Part shown: positions 38,729 to 50,400 of the stretch, piece after piece
How positions within the stretch are numbered: position 1 is the first letter of the stretch
Layout of the letters: each line of letters opens with the position of its first letter
From: Methanobrevibacter sp.
GTDB taxonomy: Archaea; Methanobacteriota; Methanobacteria; Methanobacteriales; Methanobacteriaceae
Assembly: GCA_017407115.1 (NCBI GenBank)
Contig: JAFQXD010000016.1
Location: 30,088 to 94,087 of the forward strand
Reading direction: 5' to 3'
DNA length: 64,000 nt
Program-made: the position numbers and the translations under genes
Notes under the pieces: generated by a model
What the model saw: only the letters and a program-made list of their open reading frames with translations
What the model was told of the DNA's origin: nothing
Database searches by the model: none

Positions 38729-39217
38729 ATGTTAATTTCAACTTCTAGAAAACCTTCTCAAAAAACTAGAAAGTTTTGTAAAACTTTAGCACGCACTACA
38801 GGTTCAACCTCTGTTAACAGGGGTAAAATGAACATGCGTGAACTTCTCCTGAAAGCTCTGGAAGTCGATGAAGTTAATTTAGCTATTGTTAATGAAATTA
38901 AAGGAAATCCAAGTAAAATAACCTTCTATTCAAATAAAGGTGAGGTTTTACTTGTCCTTCTCATCAGCGTATCCATGACAAATAATGAGAAGCTTAACAT
39001 AGCTCCATCCCAATTGAAAATAGTTTCAGGTTTTGAAGAGCTTAATGTCTTAAGTGACATTCTAGATATGGATATAGTAGAAAGGGCAGAAGACAATTTC
39101 ATTGTTATTTCTCAACACAAGGATTTAGTAGCTAAGATTAATTTTGTCAATAAATTCGGAGAAAAGCTAGACTTCCAAATCAACGTCAAAAAGATTTTAG
39201 AGGCAGCGCATGATTGA
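38729..39217 (+). CDS. Brix-domain ribosome biogenesis protein
   Basis: The N-terminus is MLISTSRKPSQKTRKFCKTLA, the size is about 160 aa, and it occupies the conserved archaeal neighbourhood. Confidence 0.65.
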   Translation: MLISTSRKPSQKTRKFCKTLARTTGSTSVNRGKMNMRELLLKALEVDEVNLAIVNEIKGNPSKITFYSNKGEVLLVLLISVSMTNNEKLNIAPSQLKIVSGFEELNVLSDILDMDIVERAEDNFIVISQHKDLVAKINFVNKFGEKLDFQINVKKILEAAHD

Positions 39218-39476
39218 TGAAACCCCTCTTGAATCCGTCAAAAGCAGCATAACCGTTGAATTTGAAAGTGACGAGCAGGCAAAAATAATTTATGATGCAA
39301 TCATTTTAGAGTTTGAAACCGCTCCGGATTTCCGCTCATCAATGACAATTGGGCTTGACGGGTCCAATATTTTAATCGATATCGATGCAGAGGATTCCAC
39401 TTCATTTAGGGCTTCTGTAAACTCAGCTATTAAATGGATCAAATTGGCATTAGAAATAAATAAATTAACAAACTAA
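39210..39476 (+). CDS. pcc1: KEOPS complex subunit Pcc1
   Basis: It is 88 aa. ITVEFESDEQAKIIYDAI...SFRASVNSAIKWIKLA fits the Pcc1/CTAG pattern. Confidence 0.6.
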   Translation: MIDETPLESVKSSITVEFESDEQAKIIYDAIILEFETAPDFRSSMTIGLDGSNILIDIDAEDSTSFRASVNSAIKWIKLALEINKLTN

Positions 39477-39500
39477 CAAAATAATTAAATAGGTGATATT

Positions 39501-39848
39501 ATGGAGATTCCTGAAAACATTCAAAATCAGTTAAATCAGTTTCAACAGTTACAACAACAAGCTCAAGCTGTAACCATGCAGGTTCAAAATGTTGAAATTC
39601 AAATTCAAGAAACTGAAAAAGCTTTAGAAGAACTCAAAAAAACCGATGAAAATACTGAAGTATTCAAACAAGCTGGAACTTTACTTATTAAAGTTGAATA
39701 TGCAGATGCATTAGCAGAAATGGAAGACAAATTGGAAACTCTTCAATTAAGAAAACAAACCATGTCCCGTCAGGAAGAAAGGGTCATGAAAAAACTTGAA
39801 GAAATGCAAAATACTATTCAATCTGCTATGCAAGGTATGGGCCAATAG
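39501..39848 (+). CDS. pfdB: Prefoldin subunit beta
   Basis: It is a 115-aa coiled coil. QNQLNQFQQLQQQAQ...VFKQAGTLLIKV is the typical beta-hairpin core. Confidence 0.8.
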   Translation: MEIPENIQNQLNQFQQLQQQAQAVTMQVQNVEIQIQETEKALEELKKTDENTEVFKQAGTLLIKVEYADALAEMEDKLETLQLRKQTMSRQEERVMKKLEEMQNTIQSAMQGMGQ

Positions 39849-39882
39849 GCTTAATACTTTCATTTCTTTTTTTTAGATTAAC

Positions 39883-40167
39883 ATGTCCAAACTTAAAAAA
39901 TTATCTCAAGAGGATTTGTCCACTATTTCTGATGACTTTGGTGAAATCCTTGAACGTGAAGTTTCAAAAAACATTTCAACAAAGGAAATTGAAGATTTGG
40001 ATTTGGATATCATTATCAATTATGAAAATGATCAATTGGACGTTGATGTTGATGTTGGAGTTTTATTTGATGAATTGTCTGAAATCAACCAAGACCAAAT
40101 TATGAAATCCATTGATGAAGCTTATTTGAAGTTTGATTCCTATATCGATGAGAATTTTAGGGATTAA
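39883..40167 (+). CDS. Small acidic protein (DUF3194-like), unknown function
   Basis: It is 94 aa and lies downstream of pfdB, as in other Methanobacteria. The recollection is weak. Confidence 0.35.
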   Translation: MSKLKKLSQEDLSTISDDFGEILEREVSKNISTKEIEDLDLDIIINYENDQLDVDVDVGVLFDELSEINQDQIMKSIDEAYLKFDSYIDENFRD

Positions 40168-40223
40168 TTATTTTTTTTAAATTTGATATTAATACTTTTT
40201 TTATATTTTTTATTATATTAAGT

Positions 40224-40247
40224 AATACTTTTTTATAAAAAAGTATT
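40224..40247. repeat. Perfect 24-bp palindrome AATACTTTTTTATAAAAAAGTATT
   Basis: Read directly: every position from 40224 to 40235 pairs with 40247 down to 40236. The half-site AATACTTTTTT also occurs at about 40192. Confidence 0.8.
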
Positions 40248-40324
40248 TATACTACAACTTTACAATATTATTATTGTGCAAGAATAAATTTTGTCATGCC
40301 ATATATTGAAATTAATTCACAAAA

Positions 40325-40412
40325 AGTTTGAAGTAACTCAATAGCTTAGCAATAGAATACTCAAAAAATATTAAATTCATCTTTCAATTTCCCTCAATTG
40401 TTACTTCAAACT
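40325..40412. repeat. 13-bp perfect inverted repeat pair enclosing 62 nt
   Basis: The arms are AGTTTGAAGTAAC (40325-40337) and GTTACTTCAAACT (40400-40412). Confidence 0.7.
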
Positions 40413-40794
40413 GAATTTTTTCAATCAGACTTTATCAAGCAAATTTTATTAATTTTTAATGTTAAAAATTACACAAAAATTTGGTGTTTTACAATTTTTA
40501 GTTTTTCACATATTTTTGTTTATCATTTTGTTTTAATTTTGAATTATAGTTTAATTTGTTGTTAATTTTCTAAAAATTATATATTCAAGTATACTTTAAT
40601 TTTTCTAAAATAGAGTAACATTTATATACTATGTAGCTATAATTAATAAGTAGAGGTTCATAACATATTGTTATTAATCTAAATTGATCATTATTTTTAT
40701 ATACTCGAGGGGGGCTAAAAACACATTAGCTTTCCTCACCTCCTTGTATTTTTTTAGAAATATTTTTTTATAGTTGTATGCCCTATCTATTATT

Positions 40795-41481
40795 ATGATT
40801 AAAAAAATTCCAGTCATTGATTTAAAACAGCATCAGGCCGTAAGCGGCAAATCTGGTATGAGGGATACATACACACCTTTAAAAACTGTTTTTGCACCTT
40901 CTTCAAGTCCTGTTGAAATAGCGCAGGGTTTAAAATTGAACGGTGCAGATGAAATGTATATTGCCGATTTGGATTTGATAGAATCCCAAGGCCACAACAT
41001 CGATGACATCAAGATGGTCAATACCATTCTTCCGGTAATGTTTGACGGTGGTGTTAAAAACCTTGAAGGATTTGAATTTTTCCTCAATTATGCATATAAA
41101 ATCATCGTTCCAACCGAAACCCTTGAAAGCATTGATGAGATAAGGAAAATATTTGAAAAGTATCCCAAAGAAAGGATTGTCGTAAGTGTCGATGTAAAAA
41201 ATGACGAACTGCTTGCAAAACACCTTGACTTGAACCTGTCTGAGTTCAAAGAAATCTTAAAGGAACTTGATCCAAACGAAATTATCCTTCTGGACATTAC
41301 AGGTGTCGGTACAGAAAAGGGATATAATGAAAAACTGCTTGATGAGTTTTCAGAACTTAAGGATAAACTTATTATTGCCGGCGGGTTGAATAAACATTCC
41401 CTTGGTGAGCTGGAATCACTGGGAATAAAAAAGGTATTGATAGGCACAAGCCTGCATTCCGGTGAAGTCAAGCTTATATGA
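40795..41481 (+). CDS. HisA/HisF-family TIM-barrel protein
   Basis: IPVIDLKQHQAVSG, ADEMYIADLDLIE and the C-terminal IIAGGL...KKVLIGTSL match the phosphate-binding pattern of the family. The ATG at 40795 was preferred over the track's TTG at 40774. Confidence 0.65.
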   Translation: MIKKIPVIDLKQHQAVSGKSGMRDTYTPLKTVFAPSSSPVEIAQGLKLNGADEMYIADLDLIESQGHNIDDIKMVNTILPVMFDGGVKNLEGFEFFLNYAYKIIVPTETLESIDEIRKIFEKYPKERIVVSVDVKNDELLAKHLDLNLSEFKEILKELDPNEIILLDITGVGTEKGYNEKLLDEFSELKDKLIIAGGLNKHSLGELESLGIKKVLIGTSLHSGEVKLI

Positions 41482-41520
41482 TGAATCTTTCAAATTTATT
41501 TATTTTAACAGGGTGATGAA

Positions 41521-42105
41521 ATGGATAAGAATAAAATCATTATTGTAGTTTTAATAGTGATTATTGCAGCTTTGTTGGTTGGAATAGTTTCCGTGATGCC
41601 GAATATGGCAAAACAAGATACAAATTTAACATTCAAAGGCAAATCCACCTTATCTGAAGGGGATTTACTTAAAATAAAATTAACTGATTTAAATGGAACT
41701 GCATTGGCAAATCAAACAGTAAACATTACCATAACTGATAAGAACAATGTTAAATATTATTTTTCAGTTGAAACCAATGGAAATGGAACTGGAAAACTAG
41801 AATTGAATCTTGAGCCTGGAAAATATAAGGTAACTGTTAGTTATGGTGGAAATAATAATTACAATCCATCCAACGCAACTAAAAATATTACTATTGAAGA
41901 AGAAGTTGCAGAAGCGGGTCCTGTTCAAAATCAAGCAAGCAGCAATACTCATACGATAATGGGTGAAGACGGATATTATTATACTGTTGATGATAATGGA
42001 AATATTTTGGAAACATTGGGTCCGAGCCAGAGATATTATCCTAATAATCCGAATAGTGTTAATTATCCGAATGCAGAACCTGGCAATAGGTATATTAATA
42101 AATGA
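41521..42105 (+). CDS. Membrane-anchored Ig-like domain protein (adhesin-like)
   Basis: It has an N-terminal TM helix followed by LKIKLTDLNGTALANQTVNITITD...NGNGTGKLELNLEPGKYKVTVSYGGNNNYNPSNATKNITI. Confidence 0.6.
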   Translation: MDKNKIIIVVLIVIIAALLVGIVSVMPNMAKQDTNLTFKGKSTLSEGDLLKIKLTDLNGTALANQTVNITITDKNNVKYYFSVETNGNGTGKLELNLEPGKYKVTVSYGGNNNYNPSNATKNITIEEEVAEAGPVQNQASSNTHTIMGEDGYYYTVDDNGNILETLGPSQRYYPNNPNSVNYPNAEPGNRYINK

Positions 42106-42137
42106 GACTAATATCTAATTATTTTTTTTAAAATTGG

Positions 42138-42155
42138 GTGCAGATTCATCTGCAC
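42138..42155 (+). terminator. Hairpin after the adhesin-like gene
   Basis: There is a 7-bp stem, GTGCAGA paired with TCTGCAC, with loop TTCA, followed by a T-rich tract. Confidence 0.4.
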
Positions 42156-42301
42156 TTTCTATTTTTCTTTAACTTAACTAAATCATTTAATAATTGCACA
42201 TGTTCGTTAGGTTGAAAGTGGTGTTAATTGTTGAAAAATGCTGAATTATAAATTAAAAGAATATAATTTAAAATTTAAAATAGAAAAATTTTCATAAAAT
42301 C

Positions 42302-42481
42302 CTAGACTAAAACGCTTAGAACCACATAAGGGAAAACACATGCAATAACAAATAATGCAATGCCTAAACCTAATTTAGGTTTGTTTTCATCTAAAGCTCC
42401 AGAAATTATAAACAATATTGCGAAAAATCCTAAAATTACCGGAATAATATGAGAAAATATAGTTGTTCCAATCATTGCCAT
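42302..42481 (-). CDS. Small two-TM membrane protein (59 aa)
   Basis: The ORF is MAMIGTTIFSHIIPVILGFFAILFIISGALDENKPKLGLGIALFVIACVFPYVVLSVLV. It is one residue below the track cutoff. Confidence 0.45.
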   Translation of the reverse strand: MAMIGTTIFSHIIPVILGFFAILFIISGALDENKPKLGLGIALFVIACVFPYVVLSVLV

Positions 42482-42590
42482 TTTTAATCACTACTATAAT
42501 TTACTTTTTTTAATTATATAAATATAACTTTAATTTTTCTTGTTGTTGGGTTAAATAACCTATTTATAGTCAGAAAATATAGTTATAGCT

Positions 42591-43439
42591 ATGAGAATTG
42601 ACATTCATCATCATCACAAAAAAGCGGGTCAAAACCTGGCATTTGTCTTTTTCGTGAATCTGACATTCAACATAATTGTAATTGTCGGAGGTTTGGCAAC
42701 TAACAGTATGGCAATACTTGCAGATTGCATACATGACCTGTCGGACACCATTTCAATTGCCTTTGCATGGGCATTGGAACATGTGGCCCAAAGGGATTCA
42801 ACTGAAAACTATTCATATGGATATCAGAGATTTTCAATTCTTGGAGCAATAATAATTTCTATTTTTGTTATCATGATGGCATTCGTAATACTTCAGGAGG
42901 CAATTCCTAGATTATTTGCACCTGAAAGCGTTGACGCAGAGGGAATGCTTGTTGTCGCTATTGTTGGAATAATATTTAAATTGATTTCAGTCCATAGGCT
43001 TCATGAAGGTGAAACATTCAATGAAAAGGCAATTCTGATTCATCAGCTTGGCGATATTTTTGAGTGGGTGGCCATTTTAGTCTTAAGTGTGGTTTTGATG
43101 TTTTGGGATGGCGCACCATATCTTGATCCTTTTGTATCAATCGGTATTGCATTATGGCTGATTTTTAATTTGGCAAGAAATCTGTACAAATCCCTTGAGG
43201 TCATGCTTCAAAAAACGCCAAATCATTTTGATGTTGGCGAATTCAAATCATCTGTCACATCAATTGAGGGAGTAAATGCCATTGATGATTTTCATGTATG
43301 GTCACTTGACGGAATTGATTCCGTTCTGACTTTGAAAGTCTCTATTGATGAGTGGAACAATCAGGAAAATATCAAAAAAGAGATTTATAATATTGCTTCC
43401 AAATATCATATTGTAGATATTACAATTGAATTTGACTGA
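42591..43439 (+). CDS. Cation diffusion facilitator family metal efflux transporter
   Basis: It has a His-rich N-terminus, six TM helices with ADCIHDLSD and HQLGD motifs, and a C-terminal cytoplasmic domain. Confidence 0.8.
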   Translation: MRIDIHHHHKKAGQNLAFVFFVNLTFNIIVIVGGLATNSMAILADCIHDLSDTISIAFAWALEHVAQRDSTENYSYGYQRFSILGAIIISIFVIMMAFVILQEAIPRLFAPESVDAEGMLVVAIVGIIFKLISVHRLHEGETFNEKAILIHQLGDIFEWVAILVLSVVLMFWDGAPYLDPFVSIGIALWLIFNLARNLYKSLEVMLQKTPNHFDVGEFKSSVTSIEGVNAIDDFHVWSLDGIDSVLTLKVSIDEWNNQENIKKEIYNIASKYHIVDITIEFD

Positions 43440-43457
43440 AAAGGTAGGAAGTTTGAC

Positions 43458-44279
43458 ATGACTTTAGTTGTTATTGGGCCTGTTACAAAAGATCTGGTTG
43501 TTATTGAGGATAAAAAATCCCACAAGGTAGGTGGGGCAACCTATTTTCAAAGTTTTGTCTTTGAAGAGTTTTACAGTGATTACTTGGCTATTGTAAACTG
43601 TTCTGATGAGAGCCTAATCAATGATTTTCCGGATTTGGATAAAGTTGAAGTGATATTGAAAGATGGCACTCATTTTTTTATCAATAATTATCCAGATAAA
43701 AATGATTTGGATAAAAGAGATCAGTTAAGTAATTTTGCCAAAATTCCGATTTATCCTGATGATTTAAAGGGCGTGCTTCCGGATGAAATTGACGGTTTTG
43801 TATTAAATCCATTGAACCGTTTTGATTTTCCCCTTGAGACAGTCGAATATCTGAAAAGTTTTGGTGTTCCGCTGTTCATCTCCATCCAGGGATTTTTAAG
43901 AGTTCCTGACATTAAAGTAAATGAAAATTACACCATAAAATTAGATGACTTTGATGAACTCGATGCAATTTTAAATGGTGTTTCTTTAATATTTTTGGAT
44001 GAGGCAGAAGCAAACATCATTGGTTTGGACTATGATGTAGATGAGATTGTCATAACTGATGGAAGTAAAGGGTCTAGAATTGTCTCAGACGATGAGACAA
44101 GAATCGATGCAGTCCGGTGTGACAATGTTGTTGATACTACAGGATGCGGTGATACGTATATGGCATCTTACATTTCTCAAAAACTATTGTCAAAACCATC
44201 TGAAATTGCCGGAAACTTTGCTTCATTGATTGCCAGTGAAAAAATCAAAAATTTCGGTCCTTACAATTCAAACAAATAG
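43458..44279 (+). CDS. PfkB-family carbohydrate/nucleoside kinase
   Basis: The C-terminal signature is VVDTTGCGDTYMASYI. Confidence 0.7.
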   Translation: MTLVVIGPVTKDLVVIEDKKSHKVGGATYFQSFVFEEFYSDYLAIVNCSDESLINDFPDLDKVEVILKDGTHFFINNYPDKNDLDKRDQLSNFAKIPIYPDDLKGVLPDEIDGFVLNPLNRFDFPLETVEYLKSFGVPLFISIQGFLRVPDIKVNENYTIKLDDFDELDAILNGVSLIFLDEAEANIIGLDYDVDEIVITDGSKGSRIVSDDETRIDAVRCDNVVDTTGCGDTYMASYISQKLLSKPSEIAGNFASLIASEKIKNFGPYNSNK

Positions 44280-44430
44280 TCATTTTTAAGAAGTTGTTAA
44301 AAATTCTATTTTTGGATTATTATTTTTAATTTTCAATGGTTTTTAGTTATATTCAGTAAACTTTATTAATTAATATTATAATAATTAAATATGTATTTTG
44401 AATTTTTTTTAAACACTACAAAGGGTCATC

Positions 44431-47400
44431 ATGTTAAACAAATCATCAAATATAATCGAAAAGGAATTTAAAAATTTACGTAGGGAGTTATTAGACTTAA
44501 CTTTAAGAAACCAGCTTCTTAACTTTAAATCCAGAGCTAAAACCATTACTATAGTAAATCAGTCTCCCATAAACCTTTTCCAAACTTTAGTTCTGCAAAA
44601 CAGTAAGATGTATTTTGTAGCTAATAAAAAAGACAAAAAGGAAGACAAATCATCGGTATGGGATCATATACCATTTGATTTTTCAAAGTTTTCAGAAGGA
44701 GATAGGAAATTAGCTACCGATTTGACCCCAAAGGAACTTCAAAAAAGATTATATTACATTAACAACCAAGCAAAGACAATGCTTCAGGAACAGGGTTACA
44801 ATATCCTATACCTTGCCGTTGGATTTCTGGAATGGAAAGACAAATCAAAACCAAGGCAGAAAAACAAGGCGCCTCTGGTTTTAATTCCGGTTGCAATGGA
44901 GCGGAAAAAGGTTGGGGAATCATTCAACCTCGAATGGACTGGAGAGGATATTCAGACTAACATTTCTCTTAAAGCCAAACTGTTGGAAGCAGGTATAGAG
45001 CTTCCGGATTTCGAATTCAAACGATATGGTGAAGTCATAGACCATTATATCGCAAGCGTCAGGCGTGCTGTGTCACGTATGGATGGATGGGAAGTAAACA
45101 CAGATGTGGCCTTAGGATTTTTCAGTTTCACCAAATTTGTAATGTATAATGATTTGAATCCTGAAGCATGGGCGGACAATGTGGATTTAACCAAAAATGA
45201 ACTTATTCAAGCTATTTTCAATCCTGCCAAAAACGATCAGGAAGCATTCAGGGAAGAGGATATTGACTCCCAGCTTGAATATCGAACCATGTATCAGGTT
45301 TTGGATGCCGATTCATCACAGATTGCAGCAATTCAGGACGTTAAGGCAGGAAGGAACCTTGTGGTGGAAGGTCCACCCGGAACCGGTAAGTCACAAACAA
45401 TCGTAAATTTAATAGCAGAGCTATTGGCTGAAGGAAAATCAGTTCTTTTCGTATCAGAAAAGATGGCTGCTTTGGATGTTGTAAAGGACAGGCTTACAGG
45501 AGTGGGTCTTGGCAAATTTGTTTTGGAATTGCATTCACACAAAACCAGAAGGAAAAAATTCCTCAAAGACCTTCAAAAGGCAACCAATGTAAGGGCTCAG
45601 GAACCATTGAACATTGACCAGACCATTCGCAAACTGGAGACATTGCGCCGTCAGCTTGATGATTATTCTCAAATTATTCACAAACCTGTTTTTGCTGTAA
45701 ATCTATCAGCATTTCAGCTGTACGGTATGAAAGAAGCTGCCGATGATCATTTTGCACGTAAAGGAACTCTTATGCCATTGGTCAGGTTTGAAAATCCAGA
45801 AGAGGTCACCTTGAAGGACCTCGATGACATGAAAATTGCCTTGGAAAATCTTGCGGAATTGTATCAGACCATTTCAAAAGAGAATCCTTGGAGCAAATGT
45901 GCTCCAAAAAGTTTGCTTCCGGCTGATTTAAGGGAAATTGAAATGCTTATCAACGACTGCCTTTTAAGTCTGGACAATTTTTTAGTTGAACGTGGAAGAG
46001 TCTATGACATTTATGGAATAAAACAGCCTGATACTCTCAACGAATTTGAGAATTCACTTTCAGCATTTGAAATTATCAAGTCCCAAAACACAGAACTGAT
46101 TGATGGAAGCATCATAAGGTCAGGCGCATGGAACAACAACAATGATGATGCATTCCTATTGATTAGGGAACTTGAAAAATACCAGAAATACGCTCCAGCC
46201 CTTGATAAGTTCAATCAGTCCATATACCAGGCAGATATTGATCGCTTAATTGCGCAGCTTCATCAGATTTCAAATAAGAGATTCCGTTTATTCAACAATA
46301 CTCAGCACATTGAGCTTGTCGAGAGATATTATGCAGTGCCGGTTTCAGGAAGTGCAGATGATATCATCCGTGAGCTTAAACAGGCAAAGGCAATAATCAA
46401 AATCAGAAAAAATCTTGAAGCCAATGATGCATTGGGCCGCAAGTATTACGGAGGATACTGGCATTTGAATGCAGACCCTAATGATTTGAAGGCAATTGCC
46501 CGTTGGATGCACGAATTCACTGCACTTGTTCGTGATGGAACCTTTTCACAAAATACAATTGATTTGATGAGCAAGGACTTATTTGACATCAAACCCGAAA
46601 GGGACCTTGCGGAGTATATCGATGCAGGTGAAGAGTTTGTAAGGGTATTGTCAAGACTGAGAGACAAGCTGAACCCTAGAAGCAAACTGATATTTAAAAG
46701 AGAAACAGGAGACGTGCCATTTGAAGCATGGAAAGAACAGCTGTATACTTGGAGAGGACAGCTATCAAGCCTTCACTTATGGTCACAATACCTGAATACT
46801 AAAAATGCACTCAGAACTTCAAATGCTAAAATGTTCGTCGATTCAATCGAAAAGAGAAACATCAACAAGTATGATATTGAGGCATTGGTTGAGGGAAACT
46901 TTGCAGATTCACTTTTAAACATATTATTTGTAGAAAATCAGGAACTTGCCACATTCGTCGGCGAACTTCATGAAAACAGAATCCGTGAATTCAAGGATTT
47001 GGATAAAAAGATTCTTGTATTGAACAGAAAAAGAATTTTCCATAAGCTGAACAACAACATTCCAAAAATCTTTGGAGGAACTGAAAATCCGCAGGCAAAA
47101 ATACTTGCCGGAGAATTTACAAGAAAAAGCGGACACATGCCTGTCAGAAAGCTATTGGAAAGGGCAGGAGGTATGATAAAACAGATTAAACCTTGTTTCA
47201 TGATGTCTCCATTGTCCATTGCGCAATACTTGGATCCAACAAATGAAGAGCTTCAATTTGATGTTGTTATTTTCGACGAAGCAAGTCAGGTTAAACCTGA
47301 AGATGCACTGGGAGCATTCATGAGAGGAAAAACTGCAGTTGTAATGGGAGATACTCAACAATTGCCACCTACTTCATTTTTCGACCAGATGTCTGATGCA

Positions 47401-50400
47401 GACAGTGATGAAGAGGAGGCAACCTCACTTGATATGGAAAGTATCCTTCATTTATGTAAACTGTCATTCCCTGTTAAAATGCTTAAATGGCACTACAGGT
47501 CACGCCACGAATCACTGATTACAGTATCAAACAGAGAGTTTTATGACAATGACTTATTGGTATATCCTTCCCCGTCACACAACGACCCTGAACTCGGTTT
47601 GAAATTCCACTATAATCCGAACACTGCATATCACAGGGGAGCATCATCTGCAAACCCTCTTGAAGCGGAGGATGTTGTCGAAGAGATTTTCAACCACTTT
47701 GAAAAATATGGCGATACAAAAAGTTTAGGTGTCGGAACATTTTCAGTTGCTCAAAAAAATGCAATCCTGGAAGCTTTGGAAGTAAAACGTAAGGAAAGGC
47801 CTGAATTTGAACCTCTATTTTCAGACAACAAGGAAGAACGTTTCTTCGTCAAAAACCTTGAAACAATTCAGGGGGATGAAAGGGATGTCATTCTCATCAG
47901 TGTAGGTTACGGATATGACCAGGACGGAAAGATGTCATTAAACTTCGGTCCTTTAAACCAAGACGGTGGGGAAAGACGTTTGAATGTATTGATTACACGT
48001 GCAAGAGAAAAATGTGTAGTATTTTCCAACTTTAAAGCTTATGATATGAAATTAACCGCAAACCCACCATATGGTGTCAAATCCCTTAAAGAATTCCTTG
48101 AATATGCGGAAAACTTGACACTTGGAAATCCTCAGGGAGATGAATACTCAAAAGAACCGTTTGAAGATGCAATTGCCAGCTTTTTGGAGGAAAACGGCTA
48201 TACTGTAGACAGACAAATTGGATGTGCAGGATTTAGGGTTGATTTGGCAATTGTCGATGATGAAAATCCTGGAAAATATATCCTGGGAATCACAACCGAT
48301 GGAAAAATGTATTCTTCAAGCAAAGTAGCCCGTGATAGGGACAGGCTCCGTGAACAGGTATTGACTGGTCTTGGATGGAAACTATATCATTTATGGTCTA
48401 CAGACTGGTATAGAAACAGAGACCTGGGACGTAAAAAACTCCTTGAAAACGTTGAAAAATCAATTAAAAAAGCAAGAGAGGAAGAAAAACGCAGATCTGA
48501 AGAAGAGAAAAAATTGGCTGAGAAAAGAAGATTGGAAGCCGAGAAAAAAATGGAAGAATTGCGTTTGGCACGTGAAAAAGAAGAAAAAGAGCGTGCAGAA
48601 AAAGAGGCTGAAGTCAATTCTGAAGATATTGGACCAAGTGACTTTGTGGAAGTTGAAAAAGTCGATGATGGAGATGTTTTAGAAAAACCTATTGACGTCT
48701 CAGAAATAAATCCAGAAGAATTCTTCGGAGATGATGCAAAAGCTGATTCCAAAGACACTCCTGCTGATAGTAAAAGCGATTCTCAAGAAACTCCTTCAGA
48801 GTTTGTTGTTGCCAGTGAAGATGATGATAAGGTAGTTTATGAGGAAACTCCTTCAGAGTTTATTGTAGACAGTGAAGAAGATGAGGAAACTCCTTTAGAA
48901 TTCAGTGACGATAATTTAGATGATAATGCTTCTGGTGAGGAAGTTCCTTCAGACTCCTTGAAAGAGGATGACGAAAAATCTGATTTGGATGATGTGCCGC
49001 AGGACGATGTGGAACCTAGTGAAAATATCGAAGATATTCCAGCTGACGATGATTCAAAAGATGAAGTGATTGCCGATAATCAATCAGATGAAACTTCAAA
49101 CGAGGATATGGAAGTCTGGGAAACCGATGAAGAACCGGACAATCAGGATGATGACAAGGAAGTTTGGGAATCTGATGAGGGTGTTTCACCTGAAGACAAT
49201 GCCGAAGTCTGGGAAGATGAAACTGATTACACAGATGATGAATCCGATAATAAATCATTTAAGGAAAAGGTAAAATCATTCTTTAAACATGAGGGAGATG
49301 AGACTTCATCTAAAAATTCATTATTCTCATCACTTAAATTTGAAAAGGATTTGGGTGAAAATTCAGATTTGGAAGATGAAATACAAAATGATGTATCAGA
49401 ATCCCTAAACAAAAATATTGATGATGATAAGGTTGATTTGGGTTCTGATGATGATTACATTTATGTTGACCACAGCAATGATGAAGTAATTGAAGATATT
49501 GAGGAGCCGACCGCTCCTAATATTGAGGATTACGTTGCAAAAGATGATACTGATTATTCAATCGATGAGGAACCTATAGATGAAATCCAGCCTGATGATG
49601 AGGTTAAAAAAGACAATATCAAAAAACCTGTCTTCAGTGACAGGATAAACATAAAATCCGATGAAGATTACCAAGAGGAAAATATTGATTTTGATTCCAG
49701 AAATGTCGATGACGAACCTGCAATGCAAGATAATTCAGATTCTGAAATTGTTAATGACGAGGATAAGGTTGATTTGGGTTCTGATGATGATTACATTTAT
49801 GTTGACCACACTAATGATGAGATGTCTGAGGAAACTCAAAATCCTCAGGAAGACTCTGAAGATGATGATTTCGAAAATAAACCTCAGGAATTCAAGGTAC
49901 AAAACCAGTCCAAAAGATCCAACTTCGTAAAATCAATCATTTCAGAAGTAGTCAGCGGTGAATCCAGATTGGACCCTGATGAAATAGAAGTGGTTCGAGG
50001 CGAAATTATTGAAGAGGATATTCCTGAATCCAAACCTGCTCCTAACGATGAAAATGTTGTCGAAGCGGAAATTGTAAATGGAGATTCTTTCGATGAAGAG
50101 ATTTTAGAAAAGCCAACTCCGAAACATGATTATTTTGAAGACGATGAGGAACTCAACATTTTTACTGATGAACTGCCTGACTTGAGTCATGATGAATATG
50201 AAGAAATTCATGAAGAAGCAACCGAGGTCATTAACAAGGCCATGAGTGAATTCATGAACGATGTATTTGAAAATGATGATTTGGATATTGAAGAGGACAG
50301 TTCCTTTGAAGAATCAATTCAGGATAGATATGTTGACGAAGAGATAATTGATGATGCCTCTGGTGAAATTAATATTGATGATGAGATTGATGATTCTGGA

